This document shows, piece after piece, positions 1 to 9,875 of a stretch of 64,000 nt of DNA. A program made the position numbers and the translations under genes. Each line of letters begins with the position of its first letter. Within the stretch, counting starts at the first letter, position 1. Origin of the DNA: Pelagomonas calceolata. Taxonomy: Eukaryota. The notes under the pieces are model-generated. The model made no database searches. It saw only the letters and a list, made by a program, of their open reading frames with translations, and had not been told where the DNA came from. The stretch is from NCBI GenBank assembly GCA_918797485.1, contig CAKKNE010000002.1:4030001-4094000 (forward strand). Direction: 5' to 3'.

Positions 1-1
1 G

Positions 2-742
2 GCCCCGCCGAAGGGCAGCGCGGGCCTCGAGCGCACGACGAAGCTCGCGCCGCACGAGGACGGCTTCGCGGCGCTGGGCGCGGCCCTCCGGCGGCCGCTC
101 GCGGGCGACGGCCGCCGCATCCAGGTGGCCTGCGCGGGCGGCGGCGACGACGCGCGGGCGCTCTGCGACGACTGGCGCGAGCCGCTCGACGCGACGGGCG
201 CCTTCGCGCGCTTCAAGGAAGGCGGCGCGCTGCGCGACGCGATCATTAGTAAAGGCGGGTCTATCGAAGCGGACGGCGCCGTCGCGTTCCCGAAGGTCGG
301 GAAGGTGGACGAGCCCTTGGTGGAGGAGGTCGCCGCGCTCGTCGAGTACGCGTTGAAACCGGGCGCGGACCGGCTCGACGTCCTCGTGGCCTCGGAGGCG
401 TCTCATGCAGCGAACGCGGCCGCCGCGGCGCAATTGTTAAAGTGCGCCTGCGCGGCGATCAGTAGCAATGAAGACCCCGCGGCGCTCGTCTTCGTCGAAC
501 AACCAACAGCCAAGAGCCGCCGCCTCGCCGCGACGGACGCGCCCACGGCATCATCTTCCACGGAATACTACTCGCTCGAGGAGATCCGCAACTACCAGAT
601 TTGTCTCTGGACGGCGATCGCGCTCATCTCCGTATTACTTAGTGCGGTCCTGTTCCTCGCCTGCATGCGGCCCGAGTACGACTCGCTCCTCTACGCGACC
701 TTCCAGGCGAACGTCGGCGACCACTTCGGCAAGGAGAACTAG
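2..742 (+). CDS. 5'-partial type I membrane protein, ATP6AP2/renin-receptor-like (V-ATPase accessory) C-terminus
   Basis: Frame is open from the window start. C-terminal TM helix (YQICLWTAIALISVLLSAVLFL) is followed by a short tail with DSLLY, typical of the Renin_r family. Confidence 0.6.
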   Translation, partial: APPKGSAGLERTTKLAPHEDGFAALGAALRRPLAGDGRRIQVACAGGGDDARALCDDWREPLDATGAFARFKEGGALRDAIISKGGSIEADGAVAFPKVGKVDEPLVEEVAALVEYALKPGADRLDVLVASEASHAANAAAAAQLLKCACAAISSNEDPAALVFVEQPTAKSRRLAATDAPTASSSTEYYSLEEIRNYQICLWTAIALISVLLSAVLFLACMRPEYDSLLYATFQANVGDHFGKEN

Positions 743-958
743 GAGTCGCTTTCGTTCCCCTTTCCCTGTATAAGTAGCTATATCGTATCACGTCGACGGC
801 GCGCGTCGGACTCAGTGATTCGTTCGGCCGAGCTCGCACCATACGCATAAGCACAGCGCACGCCGTCGCCGCGACCGACAAGGCGACAGACCCCGCGTCG
901 GCTCCGGACGCGGCGAGGCAGCAAAGCAACAAGGCCCGGGACCGTGACTAGTACTAGA

Positions 959-2557
959 CTATAACTTAGTCAGCTGCTTCTCGCGCGTCTCGGCCTTCTG
1001 CTTCTCCCTCGCCTCGAGGCCCCGCAGCGTCTTCTTCACGATCTCGCCGCGCGTGAACGGCCTTTCGTCGTCATCCTCCTCGTCGTCCTCGTCCATGTCA
1101 TCATATGCGGGCGGGGCCACGACGATGCGGTTGGCCGGAGGCATGACGACGCCGATGGCCGAAGTGCCCGGCGGGTGGGGCGTGCAGTCGGGCTGCGTGG
1201 CGGCGTACTGCTCCAATATTTCCGTGGTGCGCTGCTCGATGATCTCGAGGTACTGCAGCATGTTCGACTCCGTGACGCCCTGGTTGCCGAGCATTTCCTC
1301 GACGGCGGCGCTCGTGCCGCCCAATCGCGAGAAGATCGAGTGGATGCCAGTTTTCAACTGTCCGATGGTCTTGGACGCTGCCTGGTGCTTCCGCTCGTAC
1401 GCGTCGGCGGCCGCAGTAGTCTTCTCAAGTTTTTCTTCCAATTCCTTGAGCACGCGCTTCCGCTGCGTGTCCGTACTGACGCCCTGGCCCTTGAACTTCT
1501 CCGTTTCCAGTTTGGTCTCCGCGATCGCCAATTCGGTCGCTTCGATGTCGGAATTCAACTCGTTGATCGAGTTGAACAGCGAGAAGTTCTTCTGCTCGAT
1601 GTCCTGGAACGTGTCCACGAGTTCTTCGACGGTTTGTATCCCGGTGGCCTTGGTGATCCTCTCAAACGTAGCTTGATATTCCGCGACCTCTTCTTCGGTC
1701 AGCTTCGGTCTATCTTCTTCAACCTTCTTCTTTTTACCGGGAGACTCCTCCTCCTCCTCCTCGGACTCCTCGGGGTCTTCGGACATGTACGGCTCCTCGT
1801 CGGCCCTCTGGGAGGCTGCTAACGCTTCTGCGGTCTTGCGCTCGTGCTCCTCGCGCTCCTTCCTCCGCAGCGCCTCTTGCAACTGGCGGTCCTGCTCCAT
1901 GAGCGCGCCGAGGTCGGCCCATTCTTTTTCAAATGCTTTTTTCTCGTCCTCCATGCCTTGCTTGAGCTTGTCCAGTGATCTCTGCGAGCGGTCCGCCCGT
2001 CGCTGGGCATTCTTCGAATCCTCAATGATCGCGGCCATCTCCTTCTTCTTCTTATGTAAGTCGTATTCTAGCTTCTTGTAGATGCCGTCGAAGACCACGC
2101 GCTCCTTATGTAAGCTATCAATATAACCCCTTAAAGTTTTATTCTGGGCCAGCGCTTCGTTGAATTTCTGCAAGGCTTTGTCGAGTTTCTTCTCCATGAG
2201 CTTGATCTGCTTGACGAGCATGTCGTGGTTCTCCTTGCCCGCGTTCACACCGCCCATCTTCTGCCTCTGGGCCGTCATCTCCTTCTTGCACTGCGAAATC
2301 TTCGCATCCAAAGTAGCGATCTTGTTGCGCTCGTTCTCGATCTTCTTGAGGTACAAGTCGGCCTCCTCCTGGAGTCTGGCGGCCTGGGACCCTTGGCCCT
2401 TGCCCATCGTCGCCGTCAAATTAGCTTGCCTCGTCTCGCGCGCGAGATCCTTCTTGAGCTCCTCGTTCTCCGCGTGCAGGGCCTCGATCGCGGTGCGGAC
2501 CTGCTGGCCCAGCATCTTCTTGTTCTTGGCCGACTCGGCCTTGCCGGTGGACGGCAT
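959..2557 (-). CDS. ODA1: Outer dynein arm docking complex subunit DC2 (ODA1/CCDC114/CCDC63-like)
   Basis: Long coiled coil with ERVVFDGIYKKLE, EQKNFSLFNSINELN and GVTESNMLQYLEIIEQRT motifs. Likely ATG at 2557 (MPSTGK). Confidence 0.8.
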   Translation of the reverse strand: MPSTGKAESAKNKKMLGQQVRTAIEALHAENEELKKDLARETRQANLTATMGKGQGSQAARLQEEADLYLKKIENERNKIATLDAKISQCKKEMTAQRQKMGGVNAGKENHDMLVKQIKLMEKKLDKALQKFNEALAQNKTLRGYIDSLHKERVVFDGIYKKLEYDLHKKKKEMAAIIEDSKNAQRRADRSQRSLDKLKQGMEDEKKAFEKEWADLGALMEQDRQLQEALRRKEREEHERKTAEALAASQRADEEPYMSEDPEESEEEEEESPGKKKKVEEDRPKLTEEEVAEYQATFERITKATGIQTVEELVDTFQDIEQKNFSLFNSINELNSDIEATELAIAETKLETEKFKGQGVSTDTQRKRVLKELEEKLEKTTAAADAYERKHQAASKTIGQLKTGIHSIFSRLGGTSAAVEEMLGNQGVTESNMLQYLEIIEQRTTEILEQYAATQPDCTPHPPGTSAIGVVMPPANRIVVAPPAYDDMDEDDEEDDDERPFTRGEIVKKTLRGLEAREKQKAETREKQLTKL

Positions 2558-3123
2558 GGTGGGCTTTGGTGTTATATATCTGCCCGGCGGCGTCCGTCGC
2601 GCGCGGTCGAGGCGTGAGGGCTTTGTGGTGTTATGTACTGGAGCGGCGCCCGGCGCTGTACTGGAGCGGCGTCGACGGGCGCTGGGGGTGTGATTGACAG
2701 CGGTCGGGCGCTCGGGGCAGCCGCGTCGGCAGCTTTTGCGCTCCTCGCGGGCGGCCAAAAAGGAGGCGCTAGGTCCAGCCTCGGCGGGCACTAGCGCCGG
2801 CGCGCAGGGGCGCCGCCGGGCAGAATGCGTGCGGGAGGCGTGCGCGGGGCGGCGAGGAGTCGTGGGGCAGCGGAACTCGTTCTTCTATCGTGCGGGTTTC
2901 ACAATCGCGGCTCGACGCAAAAACAGCTCGTACCGCTCGCACGGCTTGATAAAACGCGTGCGAAGGCTAGATACTGACACTCCGTACTGTTCTCGAGCAG
3001 CGAGACAGCTGAAACGGTACCGGCGGGCATTCGTCTGGCCACAACCAGCCTTGGGGCCCATTCCAGCAGCGGCAGGGAGAACAGCCTTGGCCATCCCAGC
3101 AGCCGCATTGTGAGCGCAAAGCG

Positions 3124-4368
3124 ATGGACGCCATCGCCCAGCACTTCGGCGCCATCCAAACCGCCGTGCAAACGCAGAACGGCTCGCAATTGGCCCAACT
3201 ACTGAGCTGCCTCGCGCCATCAACACCACTGCCGCCGCAAGTCGCGGGCGTCGTGCAAAACGCGCAGTACGCCGAGGACTGCGCGAAGCATTATTGTGGG
3301 GAGCCCTGGGGCCCCATCGCCGCGAAGCAGACTTGTGCGCGCGTCGCGCTCGACAGAGGGGAGACGAGGAAGGCGTACGATAACGTGGTAAGTGCGTACA
3401 ACGGGTTCCTGAATGCGATTCGGGAAGAATCAGGCTGGGTCGCGCCTCTGATTCGGACCTTGACCTTCGAGGCGCGCGTTATTGCTGAAAGGGCCGATTC
3501 TGAAGTGTCAAAACGAGCGAAAGCTGCGAATGCACATGTCGCCAAACCGAATGAAACTTTAAGGGATGTGGAGAAAACGCTCAAGAAGGGCTTCTCGGCG
3601 TGCTGGACCGACCGGACGGGCGGCCCGCCGGGCGCCTCCAAAAAAAGAGCGACGTTGTATGTTGTTAGTCAGCTCATGAAAATATATTTCAAACTTAACC
3701 TATTGAAATTAGCACAACCACTCATCCGGCCGGTGGAGGCGTCGGCGGGCAAGGCGCTGGAGTCGAATAGTGTGTTTCCCGTTGGTGATGTGGTCTCGTA
3801 TCGCTTTTTTGTTGGTCGATTACGGATGTTCGAGGATAGATATGAAGAGGCGGAGGCTCATCTCGCGTATGCCTTCGCGCACTGTCGTACGACGTCGAGG
3901 TCCAATAAAAGGGCCATTCTCGAGTTCCTGTTGCCGGTGCGACTGCGGAGCGGGCGGTTCCCGCACCCTAAACTCCTGGAGAAGCACGGGCTGGCGAGCA
4001 TGCTGCCGTTGGTGCAGGCCGTGAAGGTCGGCGATCTGCGCACGTTCAATAGTGAACTGAAGCGACACCAGCGCGCGCTCGTCAAAAAGGGCACGTTTCT
4101 GCTGCTGGAGCAGTCGAAAATTTTAGTTTATAGGAATCTCTTCAAGAAGGTGTTCCTCGTAAACGAAAAACAAACGCAAGTCAAATTGCAGCTGTTCGAG
4201 CGGGCATTACAATGCCTCGGCGAGCCGACGGACCTCGCCGAGGTCGAGTGCGTGGTGGCCAATTTGATATACCGGGGCTACGTGAAGGGCTACATCAGCC
4301 ACCAGAAGGCCGTGCTCGTCGTGTCGAAGAAGGACCCGTTTCCCACGGCAGCAGTAATGAAGAGGTAG
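3124..4368 (+). CDS. PCID2: PCI domain-containing protein 2 (Thp1/CSN12-like, TREX-2)
   Basis: QLMKIYFKLN, YRFFVGRLRMF and C-terminal EVECVVANLIYRGYVKGYISHQKAVLVVSKKDPFP motifs. Confidence 0.9.
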   Translation: MDAIAQHFGAIQTAVQTQNGSQLAQLLSCLAPSTPLPPQVAGVVQNAQYAEDCAKHYCGEPWGPIAAKQTCARVALDRGETRKAYDNVVSAYNGFLNAIREESGWVAPLIRTLTFEARVIAERADSEVSKRAKAANAHVAKPNETLRDVEKTLKKGFSACWTDRTGGPPGASKKRATLYVVSQLMKIYFKLNLLKLAQPLIRPVEASAGKALESNSVFPVGDVVSYRFFVGRLRMFEDRYEEAEAHLAYAFAHCRTTSRSNKRAILEFLLPVRLRSGRFPHPKLLEKHGLASMLPLVQAVKVGDLRTFNSELKRHQRALVKKGTFLLLEQSKILVYRNLFKKVFLVNEKQTQVKLQLFERALQCLGEPTDLAEVECVVANLIYRGYVKGYISHQKAVLVVSKKDPFPTAAVMKR

Positions 4369-4370
4369 TA

Positions 4371-5627
4371 TTAGGTCCCCACGAGCGCGCCGTCGACCTC
4401 GCGCAGCGACAGCGCCACACTCAAGTCCCCGCGGCTCTCGATGTGGTGGGCCCAGTCGGCCGGAAAGAAGAGCGCGTCGCCGGGCTCTAAGATGGCCTCG
4501 ACGGCGCCCCGCGCGACCTGTTCATACGCCCCGTCGCCGCTCGGGCCAGTTTCTCCAGCCGGCAGGCCGCGCTCGTCCCCTCTCCTCAATGCGGCCTCCG
4601 CCGCGGCCGCGCCGTCCATCCTTATATCGACCCGCAGCCGCCGCGCGAGCGGCGACGCGGCGTCGTACGGCCGCAGCGCCTCCAATGTTGTGGAGGGCCA
4701 CAGCACCACTCTTTTGGAACCGGTCGCCTGTAGTAGGTGAGAGTCCTGCGCGTCGTAGTGCAGCGGCGAGTAGACGCCGCCGCGACACGCCCAGACGCGG
4801 CACGCGTCGCGTTCCCCAAAATTCCCGAGAAAACTCAAATCCACGTCACGCAATAAAGATGGCGGCGCCAGGGCCTGGACGTAGAGGTGCTCTCCATTTG
4901 GATAGACGAAGGGAGAGGCTGCCTCCCCGTTCAGCCTCGTCTCCAGCTCGGCGGCCGGAACCACCAAGGCCCTTGACAATGCTTTCGTGACGCCATCAAC
5001 AACATCGGGGTGCGACTCCCGACAGAAGCTGACGGCCGCCGACGGCGCGACCCTACAAACGGCGCCCGCCGGGAAATTTTCTGAAAGCGACCGCGCCGTC
5101 CATTGTGGTGCGGAAAACGCGCCCTTCAGGAGCACGGGCGTTTTGTTTAGGCGCGCGGCGTCGAGCGCCTCACCGTGATTGGCGTGGACCTCCTCCACGC
5201 TTTTCAGCACATCAACCCAGAGCTCGGGCAGCGGTTCGATGATAGGTGCCACGGCATCATAACCCGACGGCGCCGCGGGCGGCGGCGCCCGTCCCTCAAG
5301 CTTTGAAGCGGTCGCGCGCGGCAGGTCCTCCCAGCCGAAGCCGTCGTGGAGCATCGCCTCGAAGAAGCGCAGCGTCGCGGCGCTCCCGCCGGCCGCGAGG
5401 CCGTCGAGCACGGCGGCCCACGCTTCACAAAGCTGCGGGTCCCGCGCCTCGCGCGCGGCCTCGAGCTGGCCGAGGGCTTCGACGAGGTCGCCTCGCTTCG
5501 CGCTGGTGATGCAGGCCTTGGCTGGCGTACGTTGTTGTGCAGGCCAGGGGAAGGTGATGCTGGCCGCAGGCGCGGCTATTGCGATGATCAGGAGTGCTGT
5601 CGCAGCCATGTGTCGCATCGGTCGCAT
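4371..5627 (-). CDS. JmjC/cupin-8 2OG-Fe(II) oxygenase with N-terminal signal peptide
   Basis: SPLHYDAQD (HxD), GSKRVVLW and LEPGDALFFPADWAHHIES motifs. Hydrophobic N-terminus; ATG at 5627, with alternative ATGs just downstream. Confidence 0.8.
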   Translation of the reverse strand: MRPMRHMAATALLIIAIAAPAASITFPWPAQQRTPAKACITSAKRGDLVEALGQLEAAREARDPQLCEAWAAVLDGLAAGGSAATLRFFEAMLHDGFGWEDLPRATASKLEGRAPPPAAPSGYDAVAPIIEPLPELWVDVLKSVEEVHANHGEALDAARLNKTPVLLKGAFSAPQWTARSLSENFPAGAVCRVAPSAAVSFCRESHPDVVDGVTKALSRALVVPAAELETRLNGEAASPFVYPNGEHLYVQALAPPSLLRDVDLSFLGNFGERDACRVWACRGGVYSPLHYDAQDSHLLQATGSKRVVLWPSTTLEALRPYDAASPLARRLRVDIRMDGAAAAEAALRRGDERGLPAGETGPSGDGAYEQVARGAVEAILEPGDALFFPADWAHHIESRGDLSVALSLREVDGALVGT

Positions 5628-5819
5628 CGATGCAACAGGTTGCGCTCGTGCGACGACGTATGAGGCGGCGGGCGCAAGGCCTGTGCAAGAGCAATGGGTG
5701 CTCAAGGCCTAAAGCGGCCACAGACGTTTGGTAGGACGTTGTGAGATGACCTGAGCGACCAGTAATGATCGCGCGCGGCGTGAATCAGTAGTAATTGGGC
5801 CCGAGCTGCGACTTGCAAG

Positions 5820-5841
5820 CTAGCGTTTAGTAAGACACTAG
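5820..5841 (-). promoter_or_regulatory. CTAG-TGTCTTAC-CTAG element (JmjC / PhoD divergent region)
   Basis: CTAGCGTTTAGTAAGACACTAG. Confidence 0.7.
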
Positions 5842-5914
5842 AATCGAAGCAAGGAGCTAAAAGGAAGTGCATTCAGCCATAGATTGCATCCAAGGCGCGA
5901 GGCGCACCGCAGCC

Positions 5915-7666
5915 ATGCGCTGGATGCGACCCGCAGCCATGCGCTGGTTAATCGCGCTGTTCGTTGCACATGCTAGGACAAATGCCAGGGGCAGTGCCAA
6001 AACAAATGCCAGGAGCAATGCGACCAGCCGCTTGGTATTTGGCAGCTGCAGCAAGGTCCACCTCCCGCAGCCGCTCTGGCCCTGGATCAGGAAACGCCAT
6101 CCGCGCGCCTGGATCTGGGCCGGCGACGCGATTTACGGGGATCGCATGGTCCGAGCCGTGCCGCTGACCTTCGAGGCGCTGGGCCCGGAGCACCTGCGCG
6201 CCGCGTATGCAACGCAGAACGCAATACCAGAGTACGCCGAGCTTAGAAAGGAGGTGCCTTATTGGATAGCGACGTGGGACGACCACGACTTCGGCCTGAA
6301 CGACGGGGGCGGCGACCTGCCCTGGCGGGACGCCTCGCAAGCTGTTTTTCTGGAGGCGATGGACCTGACCGTAGAAAGCGGGCAACATGGGGTGTATACC
6401 AGAACAACAGTGCCTGTGGAAGGCGGTTCCGTTTTAGTAATAGCGCTCGATTTGAGGTACCACAAGTCGCCGTATTCTGATGTAGATGGAGATTTTTTAG
6501 GAGAGGCCCAGTGGGCCTGGCTCGCGGAGACGCTTCAGAGTGTGAAGGAGGACGCCGTCGTGGTCGTGTCGTCGCTGCAGGTCCTGGACGAGCGCTATGG
6601 GATGGGCGAGCGCTGGGGCCGCTTCCCGGCCGCGCGGCGCCGGCTTTTGAAAGTACTGGAGTCCTGCAGGAAGCCGCTCGTCGTCGTCAGCGGCGACGTC
6701 CACATGGCCGAGCTGAATGTCGCGCGGTGCGGCGGTCGCACGCTGATCGACTTCACGTCGAGCGGCATGACGCACGCCTGGAGCCATCAGATGCGAGCCG
6801 GCTTCTCGAGGGCCTTCGCCCACGTATTGACGGCGGCCATGGCGTCGTTTCAATTCATAGCGCCGCTCGAGTGGCAGGCGAGCGACGCTGGTGGGAGGCG
6901 CATGCACTATCTGGACTTGAACTTTGGGGAATTAGATTTCGACGTGGCAAAGGGCCTTGTGACGGCGCGCGTCTTCGGGGCCGCAGAGGAGCCGGTCCTC
7001 GAGCGCACGTTTTCGTTAAGGGACTTGGGGGTGGGCGGCGCGTGCCGCCCGGTGCACGGGTTCCTCCCGCCGTGGCGCCACGCCGTCGCGCTGGCAGTCT
7101 GGGCGCTGTGCCTGGGTCTCGTCGTCGCGGCGCCGCTGGCGCTGGCCATAGTCGTCGCGCGACGCTGCCTCAGCGCGGGCCTGACAATAAACACGGCGAC
7201 GGTCGACGAGGACGCCGAGATCTTGACAAGTGCCCGCCGCGTCCGGCGCGAGGTTTTTTGTGTGGAGCAGCGCGTGCCCGTCGAGATGGAAAGGGACGCC
7301 CACGACGCGTCACCGTCGACGATCCACGTCGTCGCCTTGTATGAAGACTTCTCGCCTTGGGACGTCACGTTCGTGCCGCGGCCGGTCGGCGCGGCGCGCG
7401 TCGTCATCTCCACTGAAAAGCGCCGCGGCAAGATCGGGCGCGTCTGCGTGCTGCGGGACCACCGCCACCGGGGCATCGGGCGCCGCGTCGTGCGCGCGTG
7501 TGTGGATGCGCTGCGGCAGAAACACCCGGGCTACCTCGCGACCCTCGGGAGCCAGGTCCACGCCGTCGGCTTCTACGAGTCGCTCGGTTTTCGTTGTATC
7601 GAGGGCGAGGAGCCCTTCATGGACGGGCCCGGGTGCCTGCACCGCACGATGGTCATGGAGACCTGA
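5915..7666 (+). CDS. PhoD-like alkaline phosphatase - TM - GNAT (ElaA-like) acetyltransferase fusion
   Basis: FGSC, WAGDAIYGD, TWDDHDFG, FLGEAQWAWL and SGDVH (PhoD); TM helix; RREVFCVEQRVP, GKIGRVCV, RHRGIG and AVGFYESLGF (GNAT). Confidence 0.85.
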   Translation: MRWMRPAAMRWLIALFVAHARTNARGSAKTNARSNATSRLVFGSCSKVHLPQPLWPWIRKRHPRAWIWAGDAIYGDRMVRAVPLTFEALGPEHLRAAYATQNAIPEYAELRKEVPYWIATWDDHDFGLNDGGGDLPWRDASQAVFLEAMDLTVESGQHGVYTRTTVPVEGGSVLVIALDLRYHKSPYSDVDGDFLGEAQWAWLAETLQSVKEDAVVVVSSLQVLDERYGMGERWGRFPAARRRLLKVLESCRKPLVVVSGDVHMAELNVARCGGRTLIDFTSSGMTHAWSHQMRAGFSRAFAHVLTAAMASFQFIAPLEWQASDAGGRRMHYLDLNFGELDFDVAKGLVTARVFGAAEEPVLERTFSLRDLGVGGACRPVHGFLPPWRHAVALAVWALCLGLVVAAPLALAIVVARRCLSAGLTINTATVDEDAEILTSARRVRREVFCVEQRVPVEMERDAHDASPSTIHVVALYEDFSPWDVTFVPRPVGAARVVISTEKRRGKIGRVCVLRDHRHRGIGRRVVRACVDALRQKHPGYLATLGSQVHAVGFYESLGFRCIEGEEPFMDGPGCLHRTMVMET

Positions 7667-7683
7667 GGCTGTTATTTGTGTAA

Positions 7684-8225
7684 GTGTTACATTATGGAGC
7701 ACCGAACACCGGCGGCCTCGGACAGTTGATTGAGCGACAGCTCAAGCTTCATCGCCGTCGCATTCCCGGCAGCGTGTCTATCGCCTGCGTCGATAACAAC
7801 GGCGCGACGGACGTCGTCGTCCACGCGGACGACGTCTCACTGACGCGTACCTACGGCGCGTCGGGGGCGCTCGTCGCGGTCATCCTCCACGCCGCCGACG
7901 CGCCCACGGAGGGAGAGACTATAGACTAAACTTGTCCAAACCGGCGAGCGCGCGGGGTGCCCATATTTGGGACTTCATTATCGAAACGCAGCGCGGCCCC
8001 TTCCCCGTTTATGACGTCAACGTCGCCCTGGGCCTCTTCCGCGAGAATGAGATGCCGCCCGAGCTTCCTTGGACGCGGCCGCGCTTCGCCCCCGCCGAGG
8101 TCAAGGCATTGATCGAGCAGGCCCTCGCGTGGTCGCCGCCGGCGTCGGAGCCCTCGCCGCCGCCGGCCAAGAAGCCGCGCGCGCGCGCGGCGCCGCCGCG
8201 GCGCTCGTCGCGCCTCCAGAAGTAG
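7684..8225 (+). pseudogene. Possible degenerate or frameshifted gene (two adjacent short ORFs with non-ATG starts)
   Basis: ORFs 7684-7929 and 7932-8225 have coding-like GC3 but lie in different frames. The second ends in an NLS-like tail, PPAKKPRARAAPPRRSSRLQK. Confidence 0.3.
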
Positions 8226-8349
8226 ACCTGCAGCGTCGATGGCGTGGGGAAGGTTGTACTGATAAGCACGGGGTATTTACTCACGCCATCACCGAAGCCG
8301 CCGCCCCACTCACCAACCGCAGCGGCTGTTATTTGTAAGAAACGAACTG

Positions 8350-9540
8350 TTACATGATTGAGCACCGTGGCCGGGGCTTGCCAGTGGACCCCTTCTTGGG
8401 CAGGGCCACCTGGCGCGCCAGCAGCTTCGTGAGCCGAGCGTAGCCCTTTGCGAGGAGGGGGACGCGCGCCACGACCACCACGATCCGTGCGTCGACGGCG
8501 AAGAAGGCCTCGTGGAGCGGCCCCGCCGCGGCGCCGCCCGCCGTCGCGCGCTCGAGCAGGCACCGCATCTGCAGGTACTGCCAGTACAGCAGCACGAGGA
8601 TGGGGTTGCGCCGCGGCGTCGCGAACTCGAGCAACAACACGAGCGCGGCCGTCACCTCGAAGAGCGAGCACCGCCTCAACACACCACTCGCGACGCGCCC
8701 GGAGCCGTCCAAAAACGAACCCTCACACTTTGCTATGAGTTTCAGGGAGAGGGGCCGGGTCTTCACGTTGCGCCGCAGCCTAATAACAAGCTGCGCTAAT
8801 AACGCGGCGACCTCGGCGTCGGCGACGGGGATGAGACCAAACAAGCTCCCCGACCCGACGAGCAAGATCAAAACCCCGAAGAGCCGCTGGGCGTGGGGGT
8901 CCGTGAAGAGGCGCCGCGCGTAGTCGGCGCTGAGCTTCGGCACGCCGTGCGCGCGGTAGGCGTGCAACAGCGCCGAGAGCACGGCCCAGCGCACGGCGCT
9001 CTTGTACTTGAGGCGCAGGACCGAAGAATCAGTGGTAAATGACGTGGCGTAGACAACGACACCGGCCAGACACGCCACGCGCACCAATAAATGCGGCGCG
9101 TCGAGCGCACCGAAGGGCTCCGGCGCCATCGCCACCGTATTTAATGGAGGCGGCGGCCGCCGCGGTGGCGGCCGCCGCGGCGGCGGCGCCGCGAGCTTCG
9201 CGGCCTCGCTCTGATATTCATCGCAGGTAGGATCCAGCTCGTGCGCCTTCTCATACGATTCTATTGCCTCTGTTACTTCGCCGAGGCGCCCCTGCGCCGC
9301 GCCCAAGCGCGCCCAGCCCTTGGCCCACGACGGTTTGAGCGCCGTGCACGATTCAGCATCTTCCTTAGCACCCTTGAAATCCTGGAGATGCATGCGGCAG
9401 GCGCTGCGGTTCGAGTAGAGCTTATGCGTGTCCTCGGCGTCGATGTCCTCGAGGGCCTCCGTGAAGCAGAGGGCCGCGGCCTTGTAGTCGCCGTTCTTGT
9501 AGTTCGCGCGGCCGGCCTCGGCGGCCTCCGCGGCGGCCAT
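8350..9540 (-). CDS. TPR (STI1/SGTA-like) + TMEM33/Pom33-like membrane domain protein with C-terminal CaaX
   Basis: TPR motifs LYSNRSAC and WAKGWARLGAA; Pro linker; several TM segments with YWQYLQMR; ends CSIM. Confidence 0.7.
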   Translation of the reverse strand: MAAAEAAEAGRANYKNGDYKAAALCFTEALEDIDAEDTHKLYSNRSACRMHLQDFKGAKEDAESCTALKPSWAKGWARLGAAQGRLGEVTEAIESYEKAHELDPTCDEYQSEAAKLAAPPPRRPPPRRPPPPLNTVAMAPEPFGALDAPHLLVRVACLAGVVVYATSFTTDSSVLRLKYKSAVRWAVLSALLHAYRAHGVPKLSADYARRLFTDPHAQRLFGVLILLVGSGSLFGLIPVADAEVAALLAQLVIRLRRNVKTRPLSLKLIAKCEGSFLDGSGRVASGVLRRCSLFEVTAALVLLLEFATPRRNPILVLLYWQYLQMRCLLERATAGGAAAGPLHEAFFAVDARIVVVVARVPLLAKGYARLTKLLARQVALPKKGSTGKPRPRCSIM

Positions 9541-9689
9541 CGTTGCGGTGCGGGCAGCCGCGATTTCGGAGATGGGCAGCCGTGAGATCTCGAGAGTGCG
9601 GGGCCTCTGGCCGAGTCGACGACCGGCCGAGACTTCTCGGCAGGCGTCCGCAGATGCGTCGCGCGTAGCCGAAGAGTTTCGTTTGCTTG

Positions 9690-9707
9690 CTAGTGTCTTA
9701 CAGCTAG
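9690..9707 (+). promoter_or_regulatory. CTAG-TGTCTTAC-CTAG element (TPR-TMEM33 / cyclase divergent region)
   Basis: CTAGTGTCTTACAGCTAG. Confidence 0.7.
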
Positions 9708-9875
9708 CTCACGCCGCGGGTCAATTCACAGTTGCATCGACGCTGCCCGAGAACGCCGCGGGTGCGCCGCAAGCAGCGCGCAAGCAGGGCATCGGAGAGG
9801 GCCTGTCTCTCGGGTTGAGCCATACGGTCGGTCTTCGACGCTCCGGTGTGTTGCAGGCCGGCCGCAACCCCAACC

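Noticed and set aside
5907..6012. 24-nt-spaced duplications at the PhoD 5' end (CCGCAGCCATGCGCTGG; ACAAATGCCAGG)
   Set aside because: Real but ordinary in-frame slippage duplications in a presequence.
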